Assembly: GCA_018333605.1 (NCBI GenBank)
Contig: JAGXSV010000023.1
Coordinates: 9,109 to 73,108 of the forward strand
Origin: Hydrogenophaga sp.
GTDB taxonomy: Bacteria; Pseudomonadota; Gammaproteobacteria; Burkholderiales; Burkholderiaceae_C
Direction: 5' to 3'
Length of the DNA: 64,000 nt
Position numbers and translations under genes: made by a program
Notes under the pieces: model-generated
What the model was told of the DNA's origin: nothing
Databases searched by the model: none
Seen by the model: only the letters and a program-made list of their open reading frames with translations
In this document: positions 20,046-29,795 of the stretch, in pieces
Position numbering within the stretch: the first letter of the stretch is position 1
How the letters are laid out: each line of letters opens with the position of its first letter

Positions 20046-21054
20046 GCTGGTCTCCTTCCCAAAACGCCAGTGCATTGCTCCAGGCCGATTGGCTGAGACC
20101 CGGTCCTGCGGCCCTGAGGTGCTGCCGCACAGTGCCGTAATGCCCGCGCAGGAAAGCGATTTCCGCCAGCATGGGGGCAATCTGGCGGTCGTCGACCCCG
20201 CAAGCTTTGGCCTGGGCAAAGGCTTCGCTGGCGGCTTGCAGGTCGCGCTCTTCGAGCCCTATGCGGCCGAGCAGGAACTGAAGACCGCCGTCGTGGGCGT
20301 CGAGCTTCAATGCTTCCTGCACATGTTCCTTGGCGCGCTCCAGCAACGACACCTGCGTGCTGCTGCGTGGGGCCACCATGCGCGCGAGTTGCCAGTAGTC
20401 ATTGGCCAGGGCTTTCTGCTGCCATGCGGTGTCTTCAATCGGCAGGGATTCGAGTTCGGCGGTGCGCTCCCGGATGCGCTTTTCAATGGCTTTTTCCTTG
20501 CGGTTGAGCAGCGCATAGGCCAGGAGCCGCACCTCGTCCTCCGGGTCCTTGATGGCGTGCCGAAGCAGGGGCAACGCCATCTCATCTTCCAGCGACAGGG
20601 TGGCGATCAGGGCCGCTGAGCGTTGGTTGGGATCGTCTGCATGTTGCAGCGCCCCGGTCAACCGCATGGCCCATTTGACGCCCCGATCGCTGTCGTGGTC
20701 GGTGGCCTGCTCGGGCAGTGCCATCTGACCGTAGTGGTGCAGTGGCTGGCGCGCTGGGTCGGCACGCTGACGCAGCAGGGCGGGGCCGACGCCAATCAAA
20801 ATGCCGATCATGCCGAGCACGGGCAGCAGCAGGGTCGAGGCGAAGACGAGGATGAGGGCGTCCTGCCTGGCGTCCTGGTAGTGCGCGGGCAGTTGCACCG
20901 TGGCCTGGCGGGTAAACATCAGAGCGGCCAACACATGCAGCAACAGGGCCATCAGCACGTCGACAGGTCTTGGCTGAAGGAACAGCATCGTGACCGCCAG
21001 GGCGTCGAGTGCCATGACCACGCCCAGCAGGGCAAAGCGCACTAAGCTGCTCAA
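20026..21054 (-). CDS. pelE: PelE (TM segments, HEAT/TPR domain)
   Basis: N-terminal TMs; DPEDEVRLLAYALL; TPR-like C-terminus; lies between pelD and pelF. Confidence 0.88.
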   Translation of the reverse strand: MSSLVRFALLGVVMALDALAVTMLFLQPRPVDVLMALLLHVLAALMFTRQATVQLPAHYQDARQDALILVFASTLLLPVLGMIGILIGVGPALLRQRADPARQPLHHYGQMALPEQATDHDSDRGVKWAMRLTGALQHADDPNQRSAALIATLSLEDEMALPLLRHAIKDPEDEVRLLAYALLNRKEKAIEKRIRERTAELESLPIEDTAWQQKALANDYWQLARMVAPRSSTQVSLLERAKEHVQEALKLDAHDGGLQFLLGRIGLEERDLQAASEAFAQAKACGVDDRQIAPMLAEIAFLRGHYGTVRQHLRAAGPGLSQSAWSNALAFWEGDQRVRSSP

Positions 21055-22553
21055 AGCACAGCCTCCTGCGCGGTGGGCGCCGTGAGCTCAACCGTGGACG
21101 AAAACGAAGCGATCTCGCAGGTGGACTGAATCTCGGCCAGCAGTTTGCCAGCATCGCTGTGCTGACCCAGCAGCCACAGATTCGTGACAAGTCCGTTGCG
21201 GGCGGGGGCGCCATCCACCCGCGCCTTTTGCAACCGGGCGATGTAGGCGGTGGCCCCCTCCTGATCGGTCAAGGGCAGCACTTTGATCACCACCGGACGA
21301 TTGGTGGTGTCTTCGCAAAGCCAGCTTTCGTCCAGGCCACGACCGCTGGCGCTGCACAGGGCCAGCAGGGCTTCACGGCGGGCGGTGTCAACGACCTTGC
21401 AGCTGATCACGGCCACGTGAAGCCCGTAGGCATTGACATCGACCCAGTGGCGCTGAAGGCTGGTCTGCAGATCCATGCCGTCACGGGCATCGGCGGCGCT
21501 CCGTGTGAGCCGGGCGAGAATATCGCCCATGTGTTTGCCCAGCACCGCCATGAGGCTGAAGGTGTCGTTGTTGACCCGGTCAAAGGGCATGTCGTTGATG
21601 CTGACCACGGCGTGGATGCGGCCGGATGAGTCCACCAGGGGCACCACGGCAATGACGTGTTCGTGGCTGGCCTCATAGCCCATGTTGGCACTGGTCAGCA
21701 GACCGGTCTTCAGGGTTTCGCGCAGCAGGGGGTTGAACACCGACAGTTCGGGGGGATCACCCACCCGGGCGGCGGCCGGTGTTTGCACCAGACCGCGGGC
21801 ATTGACTTCATAAATCGCCGCCGTGTAGAGGTTTCCTTGCTCGGCGAGAATCGTGATCAGTTCTTGCGCAGTACCGCTCAGCGGAAGATGCTGATCCAGC
21901 AGAAAACGTTTTTCTCGCAGCTTCAGCAGTTCCAGTGCGGACCGAAGACTCGGCTCGGCCCCGACCAGGCGCTGTTCGAGTTGGGTGTGGGAGACCTTCA
22001 GCAACTGGTAGGCTGCCGTGAACTGTTCCAGCCGAGCCTGGTGGTACCGTGCCTGCTGTGAAAGCCGGGCCAGTCGTCTGGCCCAGATGTCACGCGCTTC
22101 GCCAGCAATCATGCCGGTCAGAACCAGCCCAACGATCTGTATGCCCACCTGGGCCGCCAGACCTCCCGGTTGCAGGTGGCTGACCCAGGCCAGCGCTGCG
22201 GCCGTCAAGATGGCGCCCACAGAGCCTTCGCGTGAGCCATAGCGCAAGCCCAGCATCAGCGGCGGCAGGAACAGCAGCGGGATCACCGTCGACCTTGCCT
22301 CACCGGGGAGCACCCAAAGGATCAAAAAAGGGAGCAGCCCTCCAATCAGGAGCGTCTCGACGTCAGCCGGGCGCAGAGACTGCGGCAGGAGACTTTTGGC
22401 CGGTGGTCGCTCCATGGGCCTATCCACCGCCTGAACCCGATCGGTTTCGCCTGATTCCGGCCGGCTTCTGCGCTGAAGGTCTTTGACGTTTTCATGCTGT
22501 TGCAGTGACCACGGTTCACCATAGAGGGCCCTGAGTCGTCGAATCCATTTCAT
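21051..22553 (-). CDS. pelD: c-di-GMP receptor PelD (TMs, GAF, degenerate GGDEF)
   Basis: PLMLGLRYG, YQLLKVSHTQLEQRL, I-site RGLD, VLPLTD. Confidence 0.9.
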   Translation of the reverse strand: MKWIRRLRALYGEPWSLQQHENVKDLQRRSRPESGETDRVQAVDRPMERPPAKSLLPQSLRPADVETLLIGGLLPFLILWVLPGEARSTVIPLLFLPPLMLGLRYGSREGSVGAILTAAALAWVSHLQPGGLAAQVGIQIVGLVLTGMIAGEARDIWARRLARLSQQARYHQARLEQFTAAYQLLKVSHTQLEQRLVGAEPSLRSALELLKLREKRFLLDQHLPLSGTAQELITILAEQGNLYTAAIYEVNARGLVQTPAAARVGDPPELSVFNPLLRETLKTGLLTSANMGYEASHEHVIAVVPLVDSSGRIHAVVSINDMPFDRVNNDTFSLMAVLGKHMGDILARLTRSAADARDGMDLQTSLQRHWVDVNAYGLHVAVISCKVVDTARREALLALCSASGRGLDESWLCEDTTNRPVVIKVLPLTDQEGATAYIARLQKARVDGAPARNGLVTNLWLLGQHSDAGKLLAEIQSTCEIASFSSTVELTAPTAQEAVL

Positions 22554-22601
22554 GACATTCCCTGACTGTTTCTTTTATGGTCGTCCGTTGGAGGCTGGCA
22601 C

Positions 22602-24566
22602 TCAAAAGGCCAGTCGGTACCCCACGCGAACGGACTTGTTGGCTTTGCTGGAGAAGTCGCTCTGGACAGTGGAGTAGTAGGCCTCCAGATCCAGCATGCC
22701 CTTTTGGGCAAGGGGAATGCTGACCACGGCGCGGGCGTTGTAGGCTTGCTCGCTGGCTGGCCATTGCCGCCCGAACCAGGCGTCCAGCAGACCGTGCATC
22801 TGGCGTTTGATGGGGTCATGTTCACCCCAGCGCAATGTGGTTCCGACGCCCAGGGTGCTGAATCGTTTGGCAACGATGCTGTCCACCGACAGCATGGGGG
22901 AAAGAACGCTGCCCACCAGGGCCGCAGGCAGTGCGGGCTCCAGACGGTTCCGCTCGGCGCTCCCCGAAACCCGCATGTTCCACCCAGGCAAACTTGCTGC
23001 CGGACGTGTACCCAGTTCAAATTCAACACGCTCCCCCCGACCCAGCGGCGTGCCTTGACGGGTGCTGAACCGCTGTGCGGCCAGTTCGATCCGGCCGTAC
23101 GACGGCTCCCCCAGTTTGCCGCTGAGCGTGAAGGCCAGTTTGTCCTTCATCCCGACGGCTCTCAAGGCGGCTGAGTCTTCCACAATCGCATTGCTCATGA
23201 AGTCCACACGTGTGCTGAGTGCAGGACCCAAGGCGTGGGTCCACTCGGCCCGGCTGTACACCACCGACTTGTCGCTCCGCTGGTTGGTTCCCAGGGTGAA
23301 TCGCACAGGGTCGCCACCCAATGGAAGATCGGCCAGCACGGCCACATCGGTCTCGGTGGTGGCCACGGAAAAATAGGCCTCGGCCATGTCGGCACGCAGC
23401 CGGTTGCTGGCGCCGCGAAGCGTCCAGCGCCCCCAGGACTGCGGCACCGTGACCTGCACCAGTGTGCTGTCGATGTCCAGATACCCGAGGTTTTTGGACT
23501 CCAGGCTGATGTCAAACTGCCGGCGTTGCGCGTAACGAATTTCATCGCGTTGGCGCAACAGGCCTTGTTGTGCCGTTCCTTGCGCCTGCGGCAGGTTGGC
23601 CTCAATGAGCGCCAGCGCCTCGTCGTTGCGCCCAAGCCGTCGCAGGGCGGTCACACGATCTGTCGCCGACAACTCCTGGCCGCGCTCGGCCAGTGCCGTT
23701 TCAATGGCCTGGTGATCGTTCTGGGCCAAAGCGACGCCGAGTTGTTGGTAGGCGGGTAGACGAAAGCCTTCAGCTTGGGCGCGATCCAGCCATTGGCGTG
23801 CCTCCTTGTGCTTGCCCTGCGCCAGCGTGGCGGCCACCAGCAGCTCATAGACACCTGCGTCCCGGTATCCCAGGTCCAGCATCTCCAGCAAGATCGGTTC
23901 ACTGGCGGGCGCTCCTTCGAAGTCGCTCGTCAGCGATGCCTGGGCTTGCATCAGGACTTTGCGATCGGACGCCGGCAGTGCCTTGATGGCGCTCGCATGT
24001 TGACGCATGCGGGGCAAGATCTCGCGGCGCAATTCACGCGCTTCTTCTGGCCGACCGGCCTGTGCGACCAGGTAAGCAAAGCTGAGTTGCCAGGCAATAT
24101 CGGCCGGGTTGTGACGGACCTGGCGTTGGTACCAAATGAGTGAGTCGTCATGCCGGGACAGTTGAAGCAGAGCGAGCGCGTAGGCACTCCAATAGGCTGG
24201 CTCTTTTTCTGCATCGGCTTGCCACAGTTTCAGGTGCTCGGCCAACCGCTGTTTGTCACCACCATCGCTCTCAAACCCGATAACTTGTAGCCGGGTCGAG
24301 AGGTTTGAGGGATTCAGCGCCAAGGCGCGGTCATAAGCCGTTCTGGCCCGGGCTTTGTCCCCTGCCTGGTTGGCGAGGCTGGCTTCATTCAACCAGAAGG
24401 CTTCATTTCCGGCAGCCTCCGGTTGTTGCGTTGCCTGCGCTGGTTGGGCGGATTGAGCAAGGGCGGCCAAGGGGGGTGTCAACATGGAGCCCATGGCCGT
24501 GACGAGCACCAGCCATCCTTTGTTGCGCTCAAGGAGGGTTTGTGGTGTGTGGAATTTTGTGGTCAT
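22602..24566 (-). CDS. pelB: PelB-like TPR plus beta-barrel outer-membrane export protein (short, 654 aa)
   Basis: Signal peptide, TPR-like repeats, C-terminal beta-strand pattern ending VGYRLAF; position in the pel operon. Confidence 0.8.
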   Translation of the reverse strand: MTTKFHTPQTLLERNKGWLVLVTAMGSMLTPPLAALAQSAQPAQATQQPEAAGNEAFWLNEASLANQAGDKARARTAYDRALALNPSNLSTRLQVIGFESDGGDKQRLAEHLKLWQADAEKEPAYWSAYALALLQLSRHDDSLIWYQRQVRHNPADIAWQLSFAYLVAQAGRPEEARELRREILPRMRQHASAIKALPASDRKVLMQAQASLTSDFEGAPASEPILLEMLDLGYRDAGVYELLVAATLAQGKHKEARQWLDRAQAEGFRLPAYQQLGVALAQNDHQAIETALAERGQELSATDRVTALRRLGRNDEALALIEANLPQAQGTAQQGLLRQRDEIRYAQRRQFDISLESKNLGYLDIDSTLVQVTVPQSWGRWTLRGASNRLRADMAEAYFSVATTETDVAVLADLPLGGDPVRFTLGTNQRSDKSVVYSRAEWTHALGPALSTRVDFMSNAIVEDSAALRAVGMKDKLAFTLSGKLGEPSYGRIELAAQRFSTRQGTPLGRGERVEFELGTRPAASLPGWNMRVSGSAERNRLEPALPAALVGSVLSPMLSVDSIVAKRFSTLGVGTTLRWGEHDPIKRQMHGLLDAWFGRQWPASEQAYNARAVVSIPLAQKGMLDLEAYYSTVQSDFSSKANKSVRVGYRLAF

Positions 24567-25417
24567 GCAGCAACCCCTAAGTTAAGTGAATCCAGGCTCG
24601 GCGTGCTGATCCAGGCACCAAAGCCCAGGCTTTCAATTCGACGAGCCGTCTGTCGGGCCAGATCCTTTTGTTCTGGATCAACATAATCGATGACGGTGAC
24701 CGGAAGATGGTATCGGCTTTTGATTTGTCTCAGTTGATTGAGCAGCCACAGGTGATCGTTTTCGCCAACTTTTGTATAGCATTTGCTGATCGGATCCCAG
24801 CTTTGCAACAAGGATTCTGCAACCACACCTGTGACAATTGGGTGTATGTCAGGCATCAAATCGAAACCTCGATTGACCAATATTTTAAGTTTTGGAAATC
24901 GTTTATGAATGGTTTTTATAAGACTGATCAGGGCATTCTTTTGCTGGAGGAGCAGGGCGGGTTCTTTGATCTTTAATTTGTAGCTGTCCAGCGTGTCCAG
25001 AAAAATACCTTTGAATCCCAACTTCCAGAGTTTATCGATACGGTCTTCAATAATGAAACGGCGCCAATCAGGATGGGTAAAATCGGCGATACGGCTTTGC
25101 CAGGCGTCATTGGTTCCAAAAAACCATTCGTCAGGCAGTGCTTGCGTGGCGGCTCGCCAGGATTCAGCTTCTCCCATGCTGACGTACGCAAATGGCAATA
25201 TCCCCTTTTTACTGAAATCGGACAGTTGCGTAACGGCTTCTGCTTCAATCACCAGGCGGGTATTTGGCGGAAAATACTCTACCGGGATGTTTGATCCATA
25301 AAAAAAAGCAATGGCCAGCAAATCAAGATTCCTGGTTTCCATTTTGTTGGAAAGAATTTTCTTGAAAAGAAGTCTGTTGACCAGCAAGTCCCTGCATTTT
25401 TTTATCATGGCCAGCAC
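24563..25417 (-). CDS. pelA: PelA-like endo-alpha-1,4-(N-acetyl)galactosaminidase, hydrolase domain only
   Basis: AFFYG, AYVSMGE, GIFLDTLDS, NRGF, VVAES and VIDY match the PelA hydrolase (GH166/GH114-like) domain; only 284 aa. Confidence 0.82.
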   Translation of the reverse strand: MLAMIKKCRDLLVNRLLFKKILSNKMETRNLDLLAIAFFYGSNIPVEYFPPNTRLVIEAEAVTQLSDFSKKGILPFAYVSMGEAESWRAATQALPDEWFFGTNDAWQSRIADFTHPDWRRFIIEDRIDKLWKLGFKGIFLDTLDSYKLKIKEPALLLQQKNALISLIKTIHKRFPKLKILVNRGFDLMPDIHPIVTGVVAESLLQSWDPISKCYTKVGENDHLWLLNQLRQIKSRYHLPVTVIDYVDPEQKDLARQTARRIESLGFGAWISTPSLDSLNLGVAA

Positions 25418-26055
25418 TCTTTATGGTCTGCTGCTTTGCAACTTTTGATGGGGTGATGGACGTGTTCGCTGAACCTGAGGGCAAGACATTTTGACTGCTT
25501 GTCAGAGGCTTGGTGTGACCGTGCTCGCGGCAAGCCGTTCGACTGACGGGTTGGTTCGCGGTGCTTGGCTGCGGCATGGACGCTTGCTGACGACAGTTCA
25601 AGATGGGTAGTAGTTCCTAAGTGTTAACACTGTAGCGAGATGTTACCATCAGGCTGTCGGGGCGGTTTGTGCGTCGCCGCACAATTTGCCAAAATTGACA
25701 CAGTTTCAGCCGGTTGTTTCGATACGGGCGACCGGTTTTGCCTTGTTGCAGGCGGGTGCGGCTGGCTGGCTTGAGCCAGCCTCTGGGCTTGCCCCGCTGC
25801 AGGAACCGTCTGTTGTCCGTGAGTGCCTGGCAGTCGGTAGCGGCTGTCAGGGTTTGGACCATGTTCAGCAGCGATTCTGTCTGTTCGGTCAATTTCCCCT
25901 GCCTTGCGATCATGGCTGTTTATATGATGAGCGGCACCCCAGATTTTGAGGCCGCTCAATTTGGGGCGCAACGGGCCGACGTGCCACAGACGCTGGGCGT
26001 TGACATCCACCTGGATTCTTGATGTGTCAACCGGAAAACTGCATATGTCCACGCC

Positions 26056-27162
26056 ATGGAACAAGTAGACGCCGTGGTGATTGGCGCCGGTGTGATCGGT
26101 TTGGCCGTGGCGAGGGCGCTTGCGCAGCGCGGGCGTGAGGTGATGGTGCTGGAGCGCGAAAACGCCGCGGGCTGCGGGACCAGTTCGCGCAACAGCGAGG
26201 TGATTCACGCGGGCATTTACTACCCCGCGGGATCTTTGAAAGCCGACCTGTGTGTGCAGGGCCGCGAGCTGCTTTACGCCTACTGCGCTGAGCGGGGCAT
26301 TGGACACAGCCGCTGCGGCAAGCTGATTGTGGCCACCACGCCGAGCCAGCTGTCGGCATTGCCGGGCATTGTGGGCAAGGCGCGTGCGAATGGCGTCGAG
26401 GACTTGAGGCTGCTGACCCCCGAGGAGGCGATGGCCATGGAGCCGGCCCTGTCGTGCCTGGGTGCGGTGCATTCACCATCGACCGGCATTGTGGACAGCC
26501 ACGCCCTGATGCTTTCTCTGCAAGGTGATCTGGAGAACGCGGGTGGACTGGTCGCTCTGCACACCGGCGTGGCACAACTGCGCGTGGCGCCGGGCGGCAT
26601 TAAGGTGCTCACGGAGGAGGGCACCTGCTTGCTGGCGCGCACGGTGGTGAATGCGGCTGGCCTGAGCGCCTGTGCTGTGGCGCTGCGCACGGAGGGGCTG
26701 GCACGCCAGTATGTGCCAAGGGCCTGGTTTGCAAAGGGCAACTATTTCACGCTGTCGGGGCGCTCGCCTTTTTCACGCCTGATCTACCCGGCACCAGAGC
26801 CTGGCCGGCACCTGGCGGGGCTGGGGGTGCACCTGACCATCGACCTCGGTGGGCAAGCCAAGTTTGGCCCGGATGTGCAGTGGGTGGATTCGGCGGACGA
26901 TCTGCAGGTGGACCCGGCTCGGGGCGAGGCTTTCTATGCGGAGGTGCGCCGGTACTGGCCCGCGCTGCCCGACGGCGCTCTGCAGGCGGGCTACGCGGGC
27001 ATCCGGCCCAAAATCAGTGGTCCGCACGACCCAGCCGCCGATTTTTTAATTCAGGGGCCCCAGACGCATGGGGTGTCGGGGCTGGTGAACCTGCTGGGGA
27101 TTGAGTCGCCAGGGCTCACCAGTTGCCTGGCCCTTGCTGAGCGCGTGGTTCGCCTGGTCTGA
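26056..27162 (+). CDS. FAD-dependent oxidoreductase (L-2-hydroxyglutarate oxidase-like)
   Basis: [31 protein letters not shown]. Confidence 0.88.
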   Translation: MEQVDAVVIGAGVIGLAVARALAQRGREVMVLERENAAGCGTSSRNSEVIHAGIYYPAGSLKADLCVQGRELLYAYCAERGIGHSRCGKLIVATTPSQLSALPGIVGKARANGVEDLRLLTPEEAMAMEPALSCLGAVHSPSTGIVDSHALMLSLQGDLENAGGLVALHTGVAQLRVAPGGIKVLTEEGTCLLARTVVNAAGLSACAVALRTEGLARQYVPRAWFAKGNYFTLSGRSPFSRLIYPAPEPGRHLAGLGVHLTIDLGGQAKFGPDVQWVDSADDLQVDPARGEAFYAEVRRYWPALPDGALQAGYAGIRPKISGPHDPAADFLIQGPQTHGVSGLVNLLGIESPGLTSCLALAERVVRLV

Positions 27163-27193
27163 GCGACCGGTCGGACTGCTGCGAGGGGTCTTG

Positions 27194-28291
27194 CTATCCG
27201 GTGCGCATGCTGTGCGCCTTGATGGCCTGTGCCGATTCCCGGACCAGACCTGGGCCTTTGTAGATCAGGCCGGTGTAGATTTGCACCACGTCAGCACCCG
27301 CCTGGATTTTGCTCACAGCGTCTTCGCCGCTCATGATGCCGCCCACCCCGATGATGGGGAAACCCTTGCCCAGGCTGGCGCGCAGGCGGCGGATCACCTG
27401 GTTGCTCGCTTGCAGCACGGGTGCGCCTGACAGGCCGCCGGCTTCATGGGCGTGGGGCATGCCGGCCACGGCTTCGCGGCTCAGTGTGGTGTTGGTGGCG
27501 ATCACGCCAAATGCGTTGTTGGCCTGACCGTCGCTGGCGGCGCCGTAGCGCATCAGCGTGGCCGCGATCACGTCGATCTGGGTGTCGTCGAGGTCGGGTG
27601 CAATTTTCAGGAAGATGGGAATGCGCCGGCCTGACTGTTGGGCCAATTGCTCACGTCGCTCGGCCACCGCGCCCAGCAGTGCGTCCAGTGCTTCGTCGCT
27701 TTGCAGGCTGCGCAGGTTTTGTGTGTTGGGGCTGGAGATGTTGACTGTGACGTAGTCGGCATGCGGATAAACCCCATCCAGGCAGGTGAGGTAGTCGCCG
27801 GTGGCCTGCCCAATGGGTGTACTGGCGTTTTTGCCAATGTTCAGGCCCAGCAACATGGCTGGCTTGCCGGCCGACCGGGCGGTACGAAAACGTGCGCGCT
27901 GCACGTTGGCCACAAAAGCGTCGAGTCCCTCGTTGTTGAAGCCCAGGCGGTTGATCAAGGCGTTGGCTTTCGGGAGCCTGAACATGCGCGGCTTGGGGTT
28001 GCCCGGCTGGCCTTTGGGCGTGACGGTGCCCACTTCGACAAAGCCGAAACCCATTGCGGCCAGGCCGTCGATGCAGTGTGCGTTTTTGTCAAGACCCGCG
28101 GCCAGACCCACGCGGTTGGGAAACTTCAGGCCGGCCAATGTCGCGGGATCGTCCACCCTTGCTTCGCTGTACAGACATGTCAGCGGCGAGTGTTGCAGCC
28201 GGGCAAGGGCATGCAGCGTCAGTTCATGGGCGGCTTCGGGGTCCATCCCAAACAGAAATGGACGGGCGAAGGCGTAGGGCAGAAGGGACAT
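27194..28291 (-). CDS. pyrD: Quinone-dependent dihydroorotate dehydrogenase
   Basis: [29 protein letters not shown]. Confidence 0.96.
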   Translation of the reverse strand: MSLLPYAFARPFLFGMDPEAAHELTLHALARLQHSPLTCLYSEARVDDPATLAGLKFPNRVGLAAGLDKNAHCIDGLAAMGFGFVEVGTVTPKGQPGNPKPRMFRLPKANALINRLGFNNEGLDAFVANVQRARFRTARSAGKPAMLLGLNIGKNASTPIGQATGDYLTCLDGVYPHADYVTVNISSPNTQNLRSLQSDEALDALLGAVAERREQLAQQSGRRIPIFLKIAPDLDDTQIDVIAATLMRYGAASDGQANNAFGVIATNTTLSREAVAGMPHAHEAGGLSGAPVLQASNQVIRRLRASLGKGFPIIGVGGIMSGEDAVSKIQAGADVVQIYTGLIYKGPGLVRESAQAIKAHSMRTG

Positions 28292-28331
28292 TGGATAATC
28301 AAGTGGTTATTGTTTACACCGATTGTCTCAA

Positions 28332-29003
28332 ATGACCCAAGACGAACTCAAAACCCTGGTCGGACAGGCCGCTCTGCAGTACGTGACCCCCGGCGAAATT
28401 GTTGGTGTGGGCACGGGCTCCACGGTCAACAAGTTCATTGACGCGCTGGCCACCATGAAGGCGCAGATACCCGGCGCGGTGTCCAGTTCCGTGGCATCCA
28501 CGGCCCGCCTGCAGGCGCTGGGCATTCCGGTGTTCGAGGCCAATGCCGTGGGCGAGTTGTCGGTTTACATCGATGGTGCCGACGAAATTGATGCCCAAGG
28601 CTTCATGATCAAAGGGGGGGGCGCCGCGCTCACCCGCGAGAAAATCGTGGCGGCACAGTCTCGCCGCTTTGTATGCATTGCCGACGACACCAAGATGGTC
28701 AAGGCACTGGGCGCATTTCCGTTGCCGGTGGAAGTGATCCCGATGTCCACCGCACGGCTGGTGCGGCAATTTGAAGCCCTGGGCGGCAAAGCCCAGATTC
28801 GACTCAAGGACGGCGTCCCCTTGGTGACCGACAACGGGCAGCACATTCTGGATGTGACCGGTTTGCACATCACCGACCCGCTGGGCTTTGAGAGCATGGT
28901 CAACCAGTGGCCGGGTGTGGTGACGGTTGGCGTTTTTGCCCACCAGCGCGCCCATGTGTGCCTGCTGGGCACCGCCAGCGGCGTCAAAACGCTGACCTTC
29001 TGA
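28332..29003 (+). CDS. rpiA: Ribose-5-phosphate isomerase A
   Basis: [25 protein letters not shown]. Confidence 0.97.
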   Translation: MTQDELKTLVGQAALQYVTPGEIVGVGTGSTVNKFIDALATMKAQIPGAVSSSVASTARLQALGIPVFEANAVGELSVYIDGADEIDAQGFMIKGGGAALTREKIVAAQSRRFVCIADDTKMVKALGAFPLPVEVIPMSTARLVRQFEALGGKAQIRLKDGVPLVTDNGQHILDVTGLHITDPLGFESMVNQWPGVVTVGVFAHQRAHVCLLGTASGVKTLTF

Positions 29004-29079
29004 CGCTTGACGTTGTCAGCAGAGCCGGAGAGCAAGCCCGGCGAAACCCGGGCAAAGCCGGCGCGCTACCGGACTCGGC

Positions 29080-29760
29080 TTAGAACCTGATGCCCGATGG
29101 GTTGAGCACGGGGGGCGCTACGGGTACCACAGGTTCTGCCGGTGTTTGAGGGCGGTTGGTGACCGGTGCCGCACGCTGTGCGGCTTCCACCGCCACCAGG
29201 GGGCTGGGTGCCGGGCGCCGGTATTGGGACGGCAGGACAGACTGCTGGGGGTAACCCGCCGCATCCAGAAACTGGGTCCATTCGGCGTCCGAGTAGCCCT
29301 TGATCTGCTGAGACCCGATGGTCAGGAACGGCAGAGATGTCTCACCACTGAGCCGTTTCAGCGCTTCACTGTCCTGGGCGGTTGTGATGGTCTTTTCGGA
29401 ATAGGGGATGCCGCGGCTGTTCAGCAGGTTGCGCCCGCTGTTGCACGGCGCGCAGTCGGTGCTGGTGTACAGCGTGACGGGGTAGCGGCTGGCCACTTGG
29501 CGCAGTGCAAATGGCAGTTGCGCGTTTGCACTGGCGACTGTGTTGGCCGTGGCGCTGCCCACGGGGCGTGCGTTCACATGAGCAGGGGGCGGCTGGTCGG
29601 AGTAGGTGACGCGGCCATCCGGGCCCACGATGCGGTAAACGCCTTGCGCCATCACAGGCACGGCAACCAGTCCCATGACAAGAGCCAGAACAGCTAAACG
29701 AAGGGGGCCAGTCTGGCGCTGGGTGCAGGGGTTCTCGGTGAAGTCGGCGCTGGGTGTCAT
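29080..29760 (-). CDS. DUF4124 plus glutaredoxin-domain secreted protein
   Basis: VYRIVGPDGRVTYSDQPP; CAPC thioredoxin-fold motif. Confidence 0.82.
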   Translation of the reverse strand: MTPSADFTENPCTQRQTGPLRLAVLALVMGLVAVPVMAQGVYRIVGPDGRVTYSDQPPPAHVNARPVGSATANTVASANAQLPFALRQVASRYPVTLYTSTDCAPCNSGRNLLNSRGIPYSEKTITTAQDSEALKRLSGETSLPFLTIGSQQIKGYSDAEWTQFLDAAGYPQQSVLPSQYRRPAPSPLVAVEAAQRAAPVTNRPQTPAEPVVPVAPPVLNPSGIRF

Positions 29761-29795
29761 GCGAGTCCTCTTGGCAGTGAGCGAGATACATCAAT

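Noticed and set aside
25418-26055. c-di-GMP riboswitch or FleQ-like box upstream of pelA (GCCAAAATTGAC near 25688; palindrome GTGTTAACAC at 25621)
   Set aside because: No GEMM consensus is seen, and the FleQ match is only a half-site. The palindrome is short enough to be chance.
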